This document shows, in pieces, positions 24,990 through 37,930 of a DNA stretch of 64,000 bases. The notes under the pieces were generated by a model that was given only the letters and a program-made list of their open reading frames with translations, searched no databases and was not told where the DNA came from. Where the stretch lies: positions 24,142,560 through 24,206,559 of the forward strand of contig NC_134027.1 of the NCBI RefSeq assembly GCF_964204645.1. Direction: 5' to 3'. Made by a program: the position numbers and the translations under genes. Position 1 is the stretch's first letter. Each line of letters starts with the position of its first letter. Source of the stretch: Tubulanus polymorphus. Its lineage: Eukaryota; Animalia; Nemertea.

Positions 24990-26267
24990 GTATGTATAAT
25001 CCGGTCTCACTGTCCCTCAGTACGATTCCAGATTCCAAACTTATTCCAGAAACTAGTTCGATATCGTTGAATCTTACTTCTTAGATAGAATGGCCACTGG
25101 CAGCCAAGGCAAACTTCAAATTTCGTAGCAAGTCCACTAGTAATAGATCGCGCCATAGTTTGTTTTTACGCATTTCATATATTTGGCCATTTTGGAATAT
25201 GGTCCGAACCACTAGAATCGGGCTCAATTTTGTAGCTCACAATTTTGGTTACTTTGACTGCGGTTCGGACTAACTGATATTCGGTTTCGCTTACTTCGCA
25301 AATAGTCGCCTTACTAGCAAAACAGAAGTTCACCCAGATTTAGAGGAATTTTTGATTCATCAAATTTCGGTGTGGAAAGTTTTAACTTTTGTCATTGACC
25401 AAAAGAAATATAAATAGAAGCCATTTCGAAGCGTCTAGGGAACAAATTCGCCTAGAAATTCAATCAGTTTCGATAATTGATAAATGACCTAATTGACCTC
25501 AAGGTGAAGGTCAGTGATTCCTTGTTGTTTTGGAAACGACCTAGATAGAATGTCAAGTTATGGACAGATGAACCTTTTCGAAAGGTGTAATTCATCATTT
25601 CTGGACTGGTTCAGTGCACGGCGAAGATGTGTTGTATTTTTTTTTTGTTCTCTCTTGATGTACAGTTTTATGATTATTATTACCATCAGCACTGCTTACA
25701 CCTGTTATCTGCTCGATGATTTATTACTGCCAGATGTTGTTTTCAATCGTCAGTGAACTGAGTGTAAAATGAACGTTCTCCTACGAAGATCTATCGGAGT
25801 ACATCTCAAGAATGTCACCTTGAGTTGTTTTTAGTCGATGATTCTTATTTTTGCCTTCTTGAATTACCACTGATGCGATAGACTCCCTTAACCTAAATTG
25901 ATTAGGTCGAAATTGATGTTTTTGGTACCATCCTCGTAGCACGGGCGGGGCTCGATACAAAAGGAAATACTAAGCAGGAATGTTAGACCGATAACTATCA
26001 CGACTATCGGTGTTAGATAATTTTGAAGAAAATTCGCAATTTTCTGAAAGAACGGGTGTCGTCAAATTTGCAGATTCCGACGATCTCGGTCTCGACGAAA
26101 AGGGTCATGTCAATGGGAAGGGAGGGATCCGAACCTCTGAGACCACCCCTTAGATCTACCTCTGCACAAATCTCCTGACACTACAGCCTTTGGTACATAC
26201 TTCATGAAAGGTCTATTATCGGGCCTCGTGACTTCATCTTTCATCATCGTCTGCTCGTATTTTTCAG

Positions 26268-26512
26268 AGGGTCTCGAAGAGTACGTCGTCGTCGGGCAAG
26301 AGTCCGTCCTGACGATCAACACGTCCGAAGCCGGTCAAGGTCAGATCAACTGCCACATCCGTAACCCGGTCGGACAGGAAGCGGACATCGACATCGAAGA
26401 CAACGGCGACGGAACCGTGTCGATCTTCTACACGCCGTTAACGCAGGGCGCGTACACTATCAACATCAAGTTCGGCGGTGAGTCCGTACCGCAGGGAACC
26501 TTCGTTCAACAG
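26268..26512 (+). CDS. FLN: Filamin exon, Ig15-equivalent
   Basis: tttcAG|agggtc...cag|GTatgg; VGQESVLTINTSEAGQG...DGTVSIFYTP. Confidence 0.95.
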
Positions 26513-28784
26513 GTATGGAAAAAAAAAAGTTTTTTGATTCTAATTTTATCGGCAGAAAGCATGCGGATTCAACTGCAAATTTGAACGCGGTTAAAACTGT
26601 GTTTAAGTTAAGCTATCCTCACTGGCTGTGTTAAAAACCGGTGTGTGGTCGGGCTTTAGTAGAAATCTAGGATAAGGCGTGAAGTTTCCATATTATTTTG
26701 TAATTTCTATTTTTTTGGACGATTTATCATATCGAAAGACAGAATTAAATTATGAAATTAATTTCTTATTGTTCTCATGACCCATCATTGAGACTGTAAT
26801 AGGGATTGTCCTGATGTTTGATCGATTTGATAATTTGTCTATTCGGCGTCCCTAACAAACCCACCAGAGGAATCGAACTCTGAACTTTCTCGATGGTCGG
26901 TTGAAATTCCAGAATTTTATTTGTTGAAATCAAGCGTCATAATCTAATACACCGTTTTAGCTTCAAAAAATTTGCTCGTCGCATTAGATTTCTGATAAAG
27001 CCTGACCAAACTCCGAGGAAATGAAAAAAAAAATAATATCAGATACGTTGAAAGGTTTGCGCTAATCCCTCCCGAGCGATAATTTGTTGTATGTTGTTAT
27101 CGTTGTTTGTGAATGTGTATTGTCTTGTTATTATTCTTCATCATATAGCCAACTGTATTCTCCCTGGCAAGCGGCCCTCCTGAAACCCGAAATAAAAGCA
27201 CTCTCGGTTAAATGCCCTAGTCCGGTTTTCTCCGATTCTAATGGGGTACCGACAGCACTACTGTGGCAAGCGAGGATTCTGCGATGGTCCGCCAGCTGTC
27301 GCTAATGGCATCTGCTTTACTGCGATTAAATTCTGCCTACATTTCTATTAAATTTGAGTAAATTTATCTCACTAGTAAATCAAATTTTTACGGAAATCTA
27401 TACCACACACTGAAAAAGTGAATCTCATATCGAAGCCATGTCTTGTTTGATAATATTCAGATTTGGAGCCTAAAAATTCACACAAGTTCGAATATCATCG
27501 AAAATGAACTAATTTTCACTACAAACGACCCACAGCGTATTGGAGTACCGGTACCTGATCGGGATAACAAACGTGAAAACCTTATTCAAAACAAATCCGG
27601 CCAGTTCTTTCATTTGGGTTTTCAAGAGGTTGAGCTATGAATATTTGATTGTCATCTCCCATCGAACGAGTTGGAACCCCGCATTTTCAGAATAACGTAG
27701 AAGCGCCGATCTTGCCCGGGAGAATATGGTATCCGTTTATTCCGAGAGTTTTCAAACAGCTCTCTATTATCACCATCATCGCACATCATCGCCACCAGGT
27801 GGAAGCACTCTTTTCGAACGCGACGCTTAAAATATCTCTGCACCCGAACAACATCGCTGACTATCTCTTAATCGACAACTTGTAAAATCTTTCAGTAACT
27901 CGACTGTAGGGATTTAGTGCCACTATATACCCGTCGCTCAAAGTCATGTTCGACTCGCATAGTTCGAATTTTTCGCAGGTGGTTTAAACGTTTACACACG
28001 GCAGCCGGCACTTAACTCAGCGTCCCCATCTTGTTTAGAAAAAAATTCATCTCAATTTTTATTATATAAGCTTGGCCCGTGACCATCATACGAGTTTAGC
28101 TGTTTTTTGTTAAAACGTTAAAACAGTAACAAAGATTTATTTATGCATTCCTGAAGAATATCACGATTGCGAATAATTCAATTCAATCGTCAAAATGTCG
28201 CCAGTGAATGTCAGGTCAGGTATTTTATTCAAGTTTTGAATTATTCATTTTCGACAGTATGAAGCAGTATATATGATATCTTTCAAGGGGTCGATAGATT
28301 TTCAAGTTACGTAGTTTTCTTTTTTCGAGAAATCATGACGCCCGTTAGAGATTCGAAGCGACTTATCGCGAGATCTTAAAACCTCAATTTCAACCGATCC
28401 GCCAGATCAAGTGTTAAATATATCTACGAAGGTTATATGGAAATTGCTCAGAAATGAAAGGGTTAAAAGTGCTAAAAACGATTACCGCGAATCGATATTG
28501 ATATCAGTTTTGACCGGAAACTAAACTTCAACCGATCTGTCGATCTGTCGATCTGCCGATCTGCCGATCTGCTGATCTGGGGTGAAAGAATTAGATTAAT
28601 CAGTTGTTACATTACTGCTGTAAATCAGAACTTCCCGATGATAACTGACTACAGTAAAACCTGTTTTACATTCCTTCCTTCGCCGCTCGTCTCATCCTCG
28701 TTCTCCCTCTTCCCCATCTCCTTTCCCGCCCTGTCCGGGCTCTCGCCTCTATATTGCCCGTGCCTTTCTCCTCTTCCCCTCACA

Positions 28785-29054
28785 CAGGGTGGCACTGACC
28801 GTGGTAAACCTGGACAAATAAGGGAATTGGAAAACAATCCGGGAAAACTCGGGGAATTCAACAAATTTTACCATAAACCTAGAAAACTCAGGAAATTCAG
28901 ATAATGCCATTGACCACGTGTTTCTTAATCAGTACGTGATTCAATGAAAAATGAATGAATTGTAACATTTTAAAATTTCTCTGATTCACTTTGGGAATTT
29001 TGTGGAAAAATCAGGGAAAAGGCGATTTGCAAATTGTGGAAAGTGACCACCCTG
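28785..29054. mobile_element. MITE family C copy
   Basis: cagggtggc...accaccctg; similar to 13112-13454. Confidence 0.75.
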
Positions 29055-30699
29055 TTAAACACCTTTCAGCTTTCTTCCTACCCTCCCCTCTCTTCTTAAC
29101 CTTGGCCAATCTCATTACTTTTCTTTCTCCACATCTATCATTCCCTCCTCTCCATTCTCCCTCTATCTTACCATCACCTCTTTATCTCTTCTCTCCCACT
29201 CTATCTCCCTCTCCTCACTCTCTCTCTCTCTCTCTTGCTGTTGATAATGAACGCACGGTGTATAATATGTAAACCAACTGGTGGAGTCTGTCAGTTCACG
29301 GATTATAACTCCATAAACTCAATAATTATCAGATCATTGATTAACGACCTAGTACACTTCTGTTAGAGAGCGTATAGATCTTCTGTCGATCTCTTATTCA
29401 TTTCGGTGAAAAAAAAAACGATTTTAGCTTTGGCCACGTACTAAACTAGACCACCCCTGACTCGGACGAACTGAGGCCGGCAAAATTGATCTGAGGTATA
29501 AAGCAAAGTCCAAGTTAAGGATTGGAGAATGCGTTAGGAAGTCGGAAAAATTGTTTTGAGCTCGTCAAAAGTCCAAATTTGCCGTGTCCAGGGTTTAGTG
29601 TAGAAGCCATCATCATGTAGCTGGGCGCTATACATTTAGTTACTCGACCACCAGGTGAAGAAATCCATCGCGGCCACCAAAATTTTTTCTCAGTTATTTT
29701 GTGTCGCCATCATTTTCATTGGAAAAAAAAGCAAAAGGTTTATTTGCCATTGATGCTATGAAGCAAAACATTATTCTGGCCATATCCGATGTAAAGTTCG
29801 ATAAGATCAGCGTATAAGTTCATTACCGATTCATCTTTGCTTTACATATCGTGTATTAATAAACGTACATCGTGCTAATATCTATCGTCGATACGAAGCG
29901 ATATATCAGTCTGGTAGCGAGCGAGAGAGAGAGGGGGAAAAATAACGCATTACTGTCGACGTTGGTATAACATATAACGTTTATTCGTTCGAAGGTATGC
30001 GCCCGTCTGAAAATAGATATCATCCTGAAAATACCAGCGGCAGCAGCAGCAGCAGTGAGAGATGTTCGGAAAGCTCTTTCAGATATACTCCTGTACGGTT
30101 GGGTTGTTTGTGTACGGTTGAATTGGCTGATACTGGCGGGTATACTGCCAGAAAGAAACAGTGTCTGGCGAGTAGTCTCTCGCTGGTCTCTTGTCAAACC
30201 GGGGTTCATGAGTTTGAATCCTGGTGGTAGCAGCCATTCAGTCTTTCACTGGTTTCTCATCAGAGTTTCTTGGTCGACAACTCTTAAACTTCCCTCTTTA
30301 TTGTAAGAGTGAAAAAGAAGCCACATGCAAGTAGCACTCAGTGGGTATGCGATCAAGAGATTTGAAAATCCAATATGACTGCTTTGCAGCCATATTTGAT
30401 TATATAGTTTGTGGAGAGCCTAAAGCTGAAGAGAGAGCAGTTAAGACATTAATGATGGTAGAAGTTTTTAAAGAAAGTGTCCGACTTTAACCATCAAGAT
30501 ATCAACCATCAGGGTATCACTTGAGCAGTTTATATTGCCAACCAATAAATTGCGCACTAGAGTAGAAGTAAAAGTAATTTAGAGGGTGATAAAATTGTGG
30601 TGGAATATATAATGATTCATCAACTGAGTATTTTGAAAGATATGTGTTGGGGTAATGTATCAGTTCAATGGATTGGATGGCAAATTACATGGGAATGTT

Positions 30700-30900
30700 T
30701 TGATTGGCAATAAAATGAGCTTAGACTGGTCTTAAGTTGTAAAATTGTCTATAGACCCAAAATGAGCTGAGACTAGTCTAAAGTTATGAGATTGGTTATA
30801 CGTTAACTAAAGTGGGTTTCAAACTGGTCTTAAGTGGTTTAATTGGTCGTAGAACCAAATTGAGCTTAGGCTGGTAATGTAAGCTCGACTATGCAACGGC
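30700..30900. repeat. ~47-bp tandem repeat (gagcttagactggtcttaagttgttagattggctatagaaccaaaat family)
   Basis: Same unit recurs at 35310-35520, 45680-45940, 58100-58450 and inside the MITE at 48859-49002. Confidence 0.8.
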
Positions 30901-32049
30901 AATTGTTCTCCTCTTTGCTGTAGACTGATGTATATAATGAGATAGATTTTAGAATTACGGTGAAATTTGTAAGTTCTGAGAATGTGTATTCAATCATCTC
31001 AGTAAGTCAGTTGTAGTAGACAGTAGTTAAGCAGCGGCTAATGGGGTTTAGTTTTCTGTCGGCGCGATGTTTAGGTACAGTTTCTGGTAGATGTTTGAGT
31101 TAGCTGTATGTCTGTATACGTGCGCCATATAACTGCAGTACGTTAAAGTCGTTAAAGTCTGGACGATTCGTTTTAATGAATTAACTCTCATCCGACCGTC
31201 TACCCTGACCTATCGTTAGTTGAATTACCCGGCAATTTCACTGAAATCTATCGATACGTGATACGATTGAAACTGACAGGACGATATTTCTCAAAACTAA
31301 GAATGATTTTCATTCCAACATTCCAAGTAAAGCTCACGCTCAATTTCATTACCTATGATCGAAAGGCTGACCCCCTAGGCATCAATTTTCAAGATTGGCT
31401 CATCTTTAGCCAGATCACCTGGGGATGATTTGGCCCTGGCTTAATTGGCGCGGGTCAGGCGCGAGTCAAATTTGGCACGTTCCTAATTAGAGAGGGCTTC
31501 CACACGTAAACCACTCATTCAATACTAAACAATGCTTAAACAAAGTGAAGTGAGTCATTTCCGGACCAGTTGCAATTTGCATGCAATGATTTGACCTGTG
31601 CAAAATTTGGCTCGGGCCTTGTCTGTTTTTTGGTCGGGACAAACAGGCACAGGCTCATTTGGCACCCGTGTGAACAGTTGTTTCGGGCCAAATTTGGCCT
31701 GACCAAAAACTCCACATTAAACTAGACACGGTTTAAATAAAAATTGCGGAAAAAATAGCCATTGCGGAATATTCAACGTCATGTTAACGACTTGATAGAA
31801 ATATTAGGACAAATAGGTTGGGAGAATTTTTTGGAAAGTTATGTGTGCTAGGCTGATCTACATCAGAGTATGTATAAGCGCAGACACAATATTTCATACG
31901 GTATTATAAACTGTTAGGATGTATGCGTATATACAGCGCTGCTCAAACCGAAGCGTGGCCTTCGTTTTCTTTCTCGTTCGAGCCACGCGAGAAAAACCTT
32001 GAAAAAATAACGGATCGACTTTCACTTATTCGCCGGGGTTTTTTTTTTT

Positions 32050-32360
32050 TTCATTCCCGCAGCGTTGAACGGGGAGATTATACCCGCGGTACTTATAAGG
32101 GACCCTGGTAATGAATGATTAGAGCCTTATCGCCGGTGCTGATAGGCCGTTTGAGAGCCGGCCGGCGATTGGTCGACGCGACGACGCACGCGAGCGAGGT
32201 GTTGCTTCGCGAATAGCGCGGCGTTCGTTCGTGCGTGGCTTATAGCGGCGTCGCTGGCTCGCTTCTGCAACTCGCGGTAATTCGGATTAATCGACGTTGT
32301 TGCGAAATTGTTGTTTTTATTTCTCGCGATAATTCGTGGATACTATCCGTATACTACCGC

Positions 32361-32391
<31 letters not shown>

Positions 32392-32580
32392 ACCGTTGTT
32401 GTTGTTGTCTCTGGTGGCGCTCGTCTGTCGCGCGTGTGTGGAACTTAATTACGAAAATATTAATCAGGGAAACCTAATTATCAATCTTGCTCAATTTACC
32501 GTGACCCGTGACCCGGAAAAAACGCAAACCGATTGTCGGAATATTTTCCAGAGGATAACCCGTGATTGCTAGTTCGATCT
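32050..32580 (+). promoter_or_regulatory. Putative internal promoter and non-coding first exon of a short filamin isoform
   Basis: CpG-rich island in an AT-rich intron; ACTTATAAGG CArG-like 32091-32100; ATTGG 32168-32172; ~380 nt without ATG ending at tct|GTAAGT (32580/32581); (CTG/TTG)n tract. Confidence 0.55.
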
Positions 32581-34384
32581 GTAAGTTTTTTAATGGTGCG
32601 CGTGTTTTTTTATTATACGCGGTGTGTGTGTGTGTTGTGAACCCCTGATTTTAGTAGAACTACCCCCCTCCCCCTCCCCCTGTCAGCGGTAATTTCACCT
32701 CGTCCGGAACTATTGAAAATGATAAAATCGAAACTCACTCGATGCAAATATGAAACGAAATTTTTTCATCGAATCAGAAATCAAAAAGACACAACCAAGG
32801 GGCCACTTACCTGGAAATCATGATAAAGGAAAATTTCTTTTCTTTAGTCGGAAAATTTTGTAAAACAAAATAGTTTAAAATCAAGGAGAAGTCAGGGAAA
32901 TTTTTTGAGATTGCTACAAGGTGCGTAAAATCAAACAGTTTCTGTCAATGACTTTAGTATTCGACTGTGCTAATTTGTTGGATTCTTAGCAAATCAAGTC
33001 AAGGAAAACAATATCATATCGGGGAATAGTTGGGGAAATACAAGTCAAATAAAATTGACCACCGCGTAGATTTTCTTTCAATCTTTCAAATTTATATTCA
33101 GTGGGTTTTTAATTCTGGTATCTGTTCTCCACGTCTGTAGTGTACAGGCTATTCCGCTACTACTCCGAAAATATCTGAATTCTTCTTATAAGATACTGAC
33201 GAGCGAACGCCTAATTCTATTGCTAGTTGTGATCATCAGTAAGTGTGTGGTGCGTTAACGCATGGTTCTCGTAGCGCGAAAATTCCTGACATTTTTCCTG
33301 TCCGAAACATAGTCATTAGGCTTCTATATAGGGCTTTATACACCTTTCTGTTTGCTAGAAGCCGTGTTCAGTCGATTTAGACGTGTCTCTCATGTTGAGC
33401 CATGAAATTCGAATCGCTTTTTATGTTTTTGTCATATCCCCTTTCAACTTCTAACTTTTACAGCCCATAGGTTCGCAAAGGTTGCTTCATTAGCGGATCC
33501 AGCATTTTGAAAAGGGTGGGCGTAAATAAAAACAATTTGATAGCACTCCCAAATAAAATTTTGGAAAAATAGACACAATGAGGTGCACTCTGAGTGTACT
33601 TTCGTAGTACAATAGAAAGAAAGTAATTTATGTGGTGATGAAGATTCAGTTAATCCGCTGTAACGCAATTTAGATTTGTGGCTACCATCCAGCAAACTAG
33701 TCAGTTCTATATTCATTGGCTTGAAAAAATCATGAAAAATTAGGGGGCGCACGCCGCGTATGCCCCGCCTGGTTCAGCCACTGGTTAGACCCGCGTTTAA
33801 GTGTAGAAAATCTATTTTTTGTCTAATTCGGTTTGTAAATGCCTTCGTTATGCGATTGGAACGCTTTCTTTTTTTCAAAAAACTGCTTTCGTTTTTAAAC
33901 TTAAGAAGTAAAAAGTGAGAAATTTTATCAGTTCAAGTACAACGATAACTGTTTACGCTTCGAGATGAACACTCGCAGACTTTTAGAGATAACCGGTCTG
34001 TTTACATCATGTGACCACGCGCGCGAGCGTTCTGATTGGTCGGATAGAAGCAGACGGCTTACATTATACTCCGTTTCAATTTGCATTGAAAAATGCGTAC
34101 ATATGATATTTTGCTCTGTCAAAATTTCTATCTATACCAGAAAGAGAATATTATGAATTGTGAATTTTTCTGCAATAATGCTATTGCGTACATACTTCTG
34201 AAATTTAATAGGATTTTACATTTGAATAAACAGCAGTTTCACGCAGTCATCTCAACATTTCCGAATTATAAAAATCTCATAAAAGTGACATAGGCTGCAG
34301 TTGCTCTTAAGTTGGTTAACCAGTGCATTATTACCATGGTATTGAGCAACTGGCTTGTGTGGGGGTAACACTTTTGGCAAAAAG

Positions 34385-34452
34385 CATGACTTGACCAGGA
34401 TTTGAACCAACCACCTCTCGGTCGCCAGTCTGACACCATATCCATTAAGCTA
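34385..34452 (-). mobile_element. tRNA-derived SINE head
   Basis: Reverse strand TAGCTTAATGG (A box)...GGTTCAAATCC (B box); no complete cloverleaf. Confidence 0.6.
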
Positions 34453-35309
34453 TGAGAACAGGACAGTTTTGTAGGGGTTTATCTATTTATTTATTTATGC
34501 AAACATCGATATTGGTTTTCATTCACCTGGTATATAGTAATCATAGTTAACTAGTATTGATAGGCGATGGTTATCGTTAATGAGGCCCTGCTCCGGGTTA
34601 CTCTAATTAAACCCTACATTCCGCACAAAATCCCCTGCGATCCACGAATTCCAGCCAGCTTTAGATATACATGAATATACCATGCAGTCCGTTTACACGA
34701 AAAAGTTGAACTCAAATTTTTAGTTTTTTTGCTATTTCCAATGAGGAAAACGATTCAAACTTCACCGTTTTCAATACCAGTATTTCATGAAATCTTGTGT
34801 TAGATTTTTGTTGACGTTTATACGAGGTCTAGATTCAAGTTGAAAAATTGAAAAAAAAGATTACCTTGATTTTCACTCATTTCTGAACATAAATTTCTGA
34901 AAAATGAACTAATTTTCACTTGACTCGGAAATGCTTTGATTTTTACTTAATTTTCAATTTTGACCGTCAATCTTGACTCAAACTTCCTACCACCGCGATA
35001 AGACAGTTAGATATTTTAAGTATTTCAGGATTTCTGTTAATAATACGTAGGTTCGATAGCATTTTTCCAGTTTTTGTTTTCGTAGAAGTATTGAAAAATA
35101 GTTAAAAATCTGATTTGTGAAGTGTTTATAGAGAGCACAGTCATTCCATACCCCCTTCAGTGTTGAAACCTTAAGAACTTTCAAGACTGCACTCATAAAA
35201 TCAAAATGTTTAGGATATTTATATTGAGTATTTGATTAAGTTTTTGACCTTTTTTAGAGTGTTTTTCTTGTTTCATCGACTATTTTCCTAGACAGAACTG
35301 AAATAAGCT

Positions 35310-35520
35310 TACATTTAGGCTGGTATTGAGTTGTTAGATTAGCTGTGGAACCAAAAGTAAGCCTAGACTTGAATTAATTCGTTAGATTGGCTATAGTACC
35401 AAAATGAGCTTAGACTGGTCGTAAGTTGTTACATTGGCTAAAACCAAAATTTGCTTAGACTGTTCTTTGGTTGTTAGATTGGCTATAGGACCAAAATGAG
35501 CTGGTCTTTAAAACCAGAAT
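35310..35520. repeat. ~47-bp tandem repeat family copy
   Basis: gttgttagattggctatag.accaaaatgagcttagact repeated. Confidence 0.8.
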
Positions 35521-36289
35521 GGGTTCAGTTATGTTTCAACTGGGACCAATTGTCAAGTCATTGCCCATAGCTTTGAACTTTAAAGCGAAATCTCGGTCTG
35601 GAATTTCTTCAAAACAGTTGGGATATTATAATGTGTGAAAAATTGGGTGAAAATCTGTATTCCTAGAAATTCAAAATAAAAATCTAAGATAAAAAGATAA
35701 AAAACTCTGAGAAAAAACTGAATTTTCGACTTGTCAGATCTTAGCAGGTTTTTTTCTTGTTAGTAGGATGATGTATAAGGAACTTAAGTAGATCAAGGAT
35801 GAACAGAGGTTTTCGTTAGATAGAAATCCATCAAGACCGAAATGATAGCGTACCGATGGGATGATTTAGTTTTATAACCCCCCATCCCTATCTCTCCCTT
35901 CTCTTCTCTCCCTCGCTCGTTCTCGGAGGCTTGCTCAACTCGCTGGTATGCCTGGCCTCGGCTAAACATAGCATAAACCTCGGGGCGTGTGTAAACATAA
36001 AACATGAAACTGTTTTCTCCGCGGCGAGCAGCGAGCAGCGAGCAAGAGAATCTACTGTCGGTGTGTTTCGCTAGTTTTTATATAAAAATACTGCGAATCA
36101 GTGAAGAATCGAGTGAGGAATCAAGTGAGGGATAGATGAGAGGGGTTTATGAGGGTAATGCGCCACTGTTTGCGTACGTTCAAAGGCAGTAAATAAAACT
36201 GTCTAATCACTAGAATAGGTTTAATCAAGGCGATCCAGTTTCACTGTTATCACTGAATTCTGGAGCCAGCTCCAGAATGCGGTTTGATT

Positions 36290-36465
36290 GGAGTCTCACA
36301 CAGTTGTGTGGGTTCAATTTAATTCTGAATGCAGTTCCACGGTTGTGTGGATCTATTGACTTTAGATCCAGTTCCACAGTTGTGTGGGTTTAATTTGACT
36401 CTGGATCCAGTTCTACAGTTGTGAGGGTTTAATTTGACTCTGGATCCAGTTCCACAGTTGTGGGA
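36290..36465. repeat. Tandem amplification of MITE family A terminus (~39 bp)
   Basis: ggatccagttccacagttgtgtgggtttaatttgactct repeated 4-5 times. Confidence 0.8.
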
Positions 36466-36764
36466 TATATTTCGATTTCACAGTATTCCAGTCTTGCATC
36501 AGGAGTCCTATGTTATTACGATAAGATATAAGCAATGATATAGAACGCATTGTACAGTTTTAACGCAAGTCACAATAGCTACAGATTCAGATTTATTGTT
36601 CTACAAAATGATAACATTTCTCTTTTCTCAGAACAAAATAGATACAATATCACATCACAAGTTTACTGTAGGTTCGATGATTAATGGCACAATTTGAGTC
36701 GAGCAGTTTCTTCTATAAATACCTGAACCCTTCGCACTACGGAGATTGCTTAGGTTATGATAGA

Positions 36765-36946
36765 GAAGACCTGAAGCCCCTACCCCCCTCTGAGAACTGA
36801 ACCCCCTGCCCTCTGAACCCTCTGAGACCTGAACCCCCTATACCCTCTGAGACCTGAACCCCTTACCCTCTCTGAGACCTGAACCCCCTACCCCCTCTGA
36901 GACCTGAACCCCCTACCCTCTGAGACCTGAACCCCCTACCCTCTCT
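36765..36946. repeat. ~23-25 bp minisatellite (ctctgagacctgaaccccctacc)
   Basis: About 7 copies. Confidence 0.9.
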
Positions 36947-37171
36947 GCCCCGGTTGTATACCGTGTTAGAAGAGTGTTTTCATCGTGTTCTGTTTTGTCG
37001 TCATAAATCATAAAATTCAGCGCATGTTTGAATCACGTCGTTATCGCGAGGTAAAGGGTTAAAGCCGAAACCACTCTCCCCTTCTATTATACAACACCAC
37101 TATCATCTATACCGGCGCCCCCTACTGGCATGCTTCCACGAAAACTTAACTGCATGCTGCTTTGATTTCAG

Positions 37172-37210
37172 GCCGTACCGCAAGCAGAATATGACCGTTT
37201 GGCGCCGCTG
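37172..37210 (+). CDS. FLN: Filamin 39-nt hinge-1 exon (AVPQAEYDRLAPL), phase 0-0
   Basis: cttaac...tttcAG|gccgta...ctg|GTAAGT; in frame between 26512 and 37786. Confidence 0.8.
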
Positions 37211-37785
37211 GTAAGTGTTGATTACGAAGAAACGAACAGAATTACGAATCGCGGTCGAATTCACTGAGGCGCGATTAATGAGGAATATACAGCGCGATTA
37301 GAAAAAATAAAATCCGCGTTGAGACTTTTTAGAAACGTTGAATTTTGACTGATATCAAGTTTCTAGGCATTTTCTTCGTTGAAAATGTTTCGGTCGGATC
37401 GATTCGAAAAATCGACGTCTGTAAATTGTAGAAAAATGAGTTAAATTAGAGGAATCTGTGAAAAAAAGAGTAAAAACGTGCGGAAAATGCATGAAAAGTA
37501 TCTGTAGAAATATTTTTATCTTAGTTGAATTTTACTCGCGCCTATGCAATGCACCTCGCGCATCGTCCAAGCATATAATGTGCTTTTATCAAATTGGAAA
37601 ATTACGTCTTTCCGAAAATGTCGATAATTTTTGTCGAGAAAAAGATAAAGATGATATAAATCTTCCTGATTCAAAAACTATGAATGATGACTTAAAATAT
37701 TTTCATCTGTATCATGATGACAATCATAATAATGATAATGATAGCGATGATGATTATTTTGATTCGGTTTTATTTGTTTCGACAG

Positions 37786-37930
37786 TCTGGTCCTCTCCCC
37801 GACGAAGAGATCATCTCCGCTGAACAAACTACACGCGCGCACGCAGCCCCGGCCGAGCCCAGTTACCCCGGTGGATACAGACCTGTCGATTTCTGTTTAC
37901 CCGTTGGTCCCGAATTCAATAAAGTATCAG
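37786..37930 (+). CDS. FLN: Filamin exon, hinge 1 and start of Ig16
   Basis: cgacAG|tctggt...tcag|GTacgt; SGPLPDEEIISAEQ...YRPVDFCLPV. Confidence 0.88.

Noticed and set aside
32235-32572. Poly-Cys and poly-Leu ORFs resembling a signal peptide
   Set aside because: Non-ATG starts; produced by a (CTG/TTG)n microsatellite in a probable 5' UTR.
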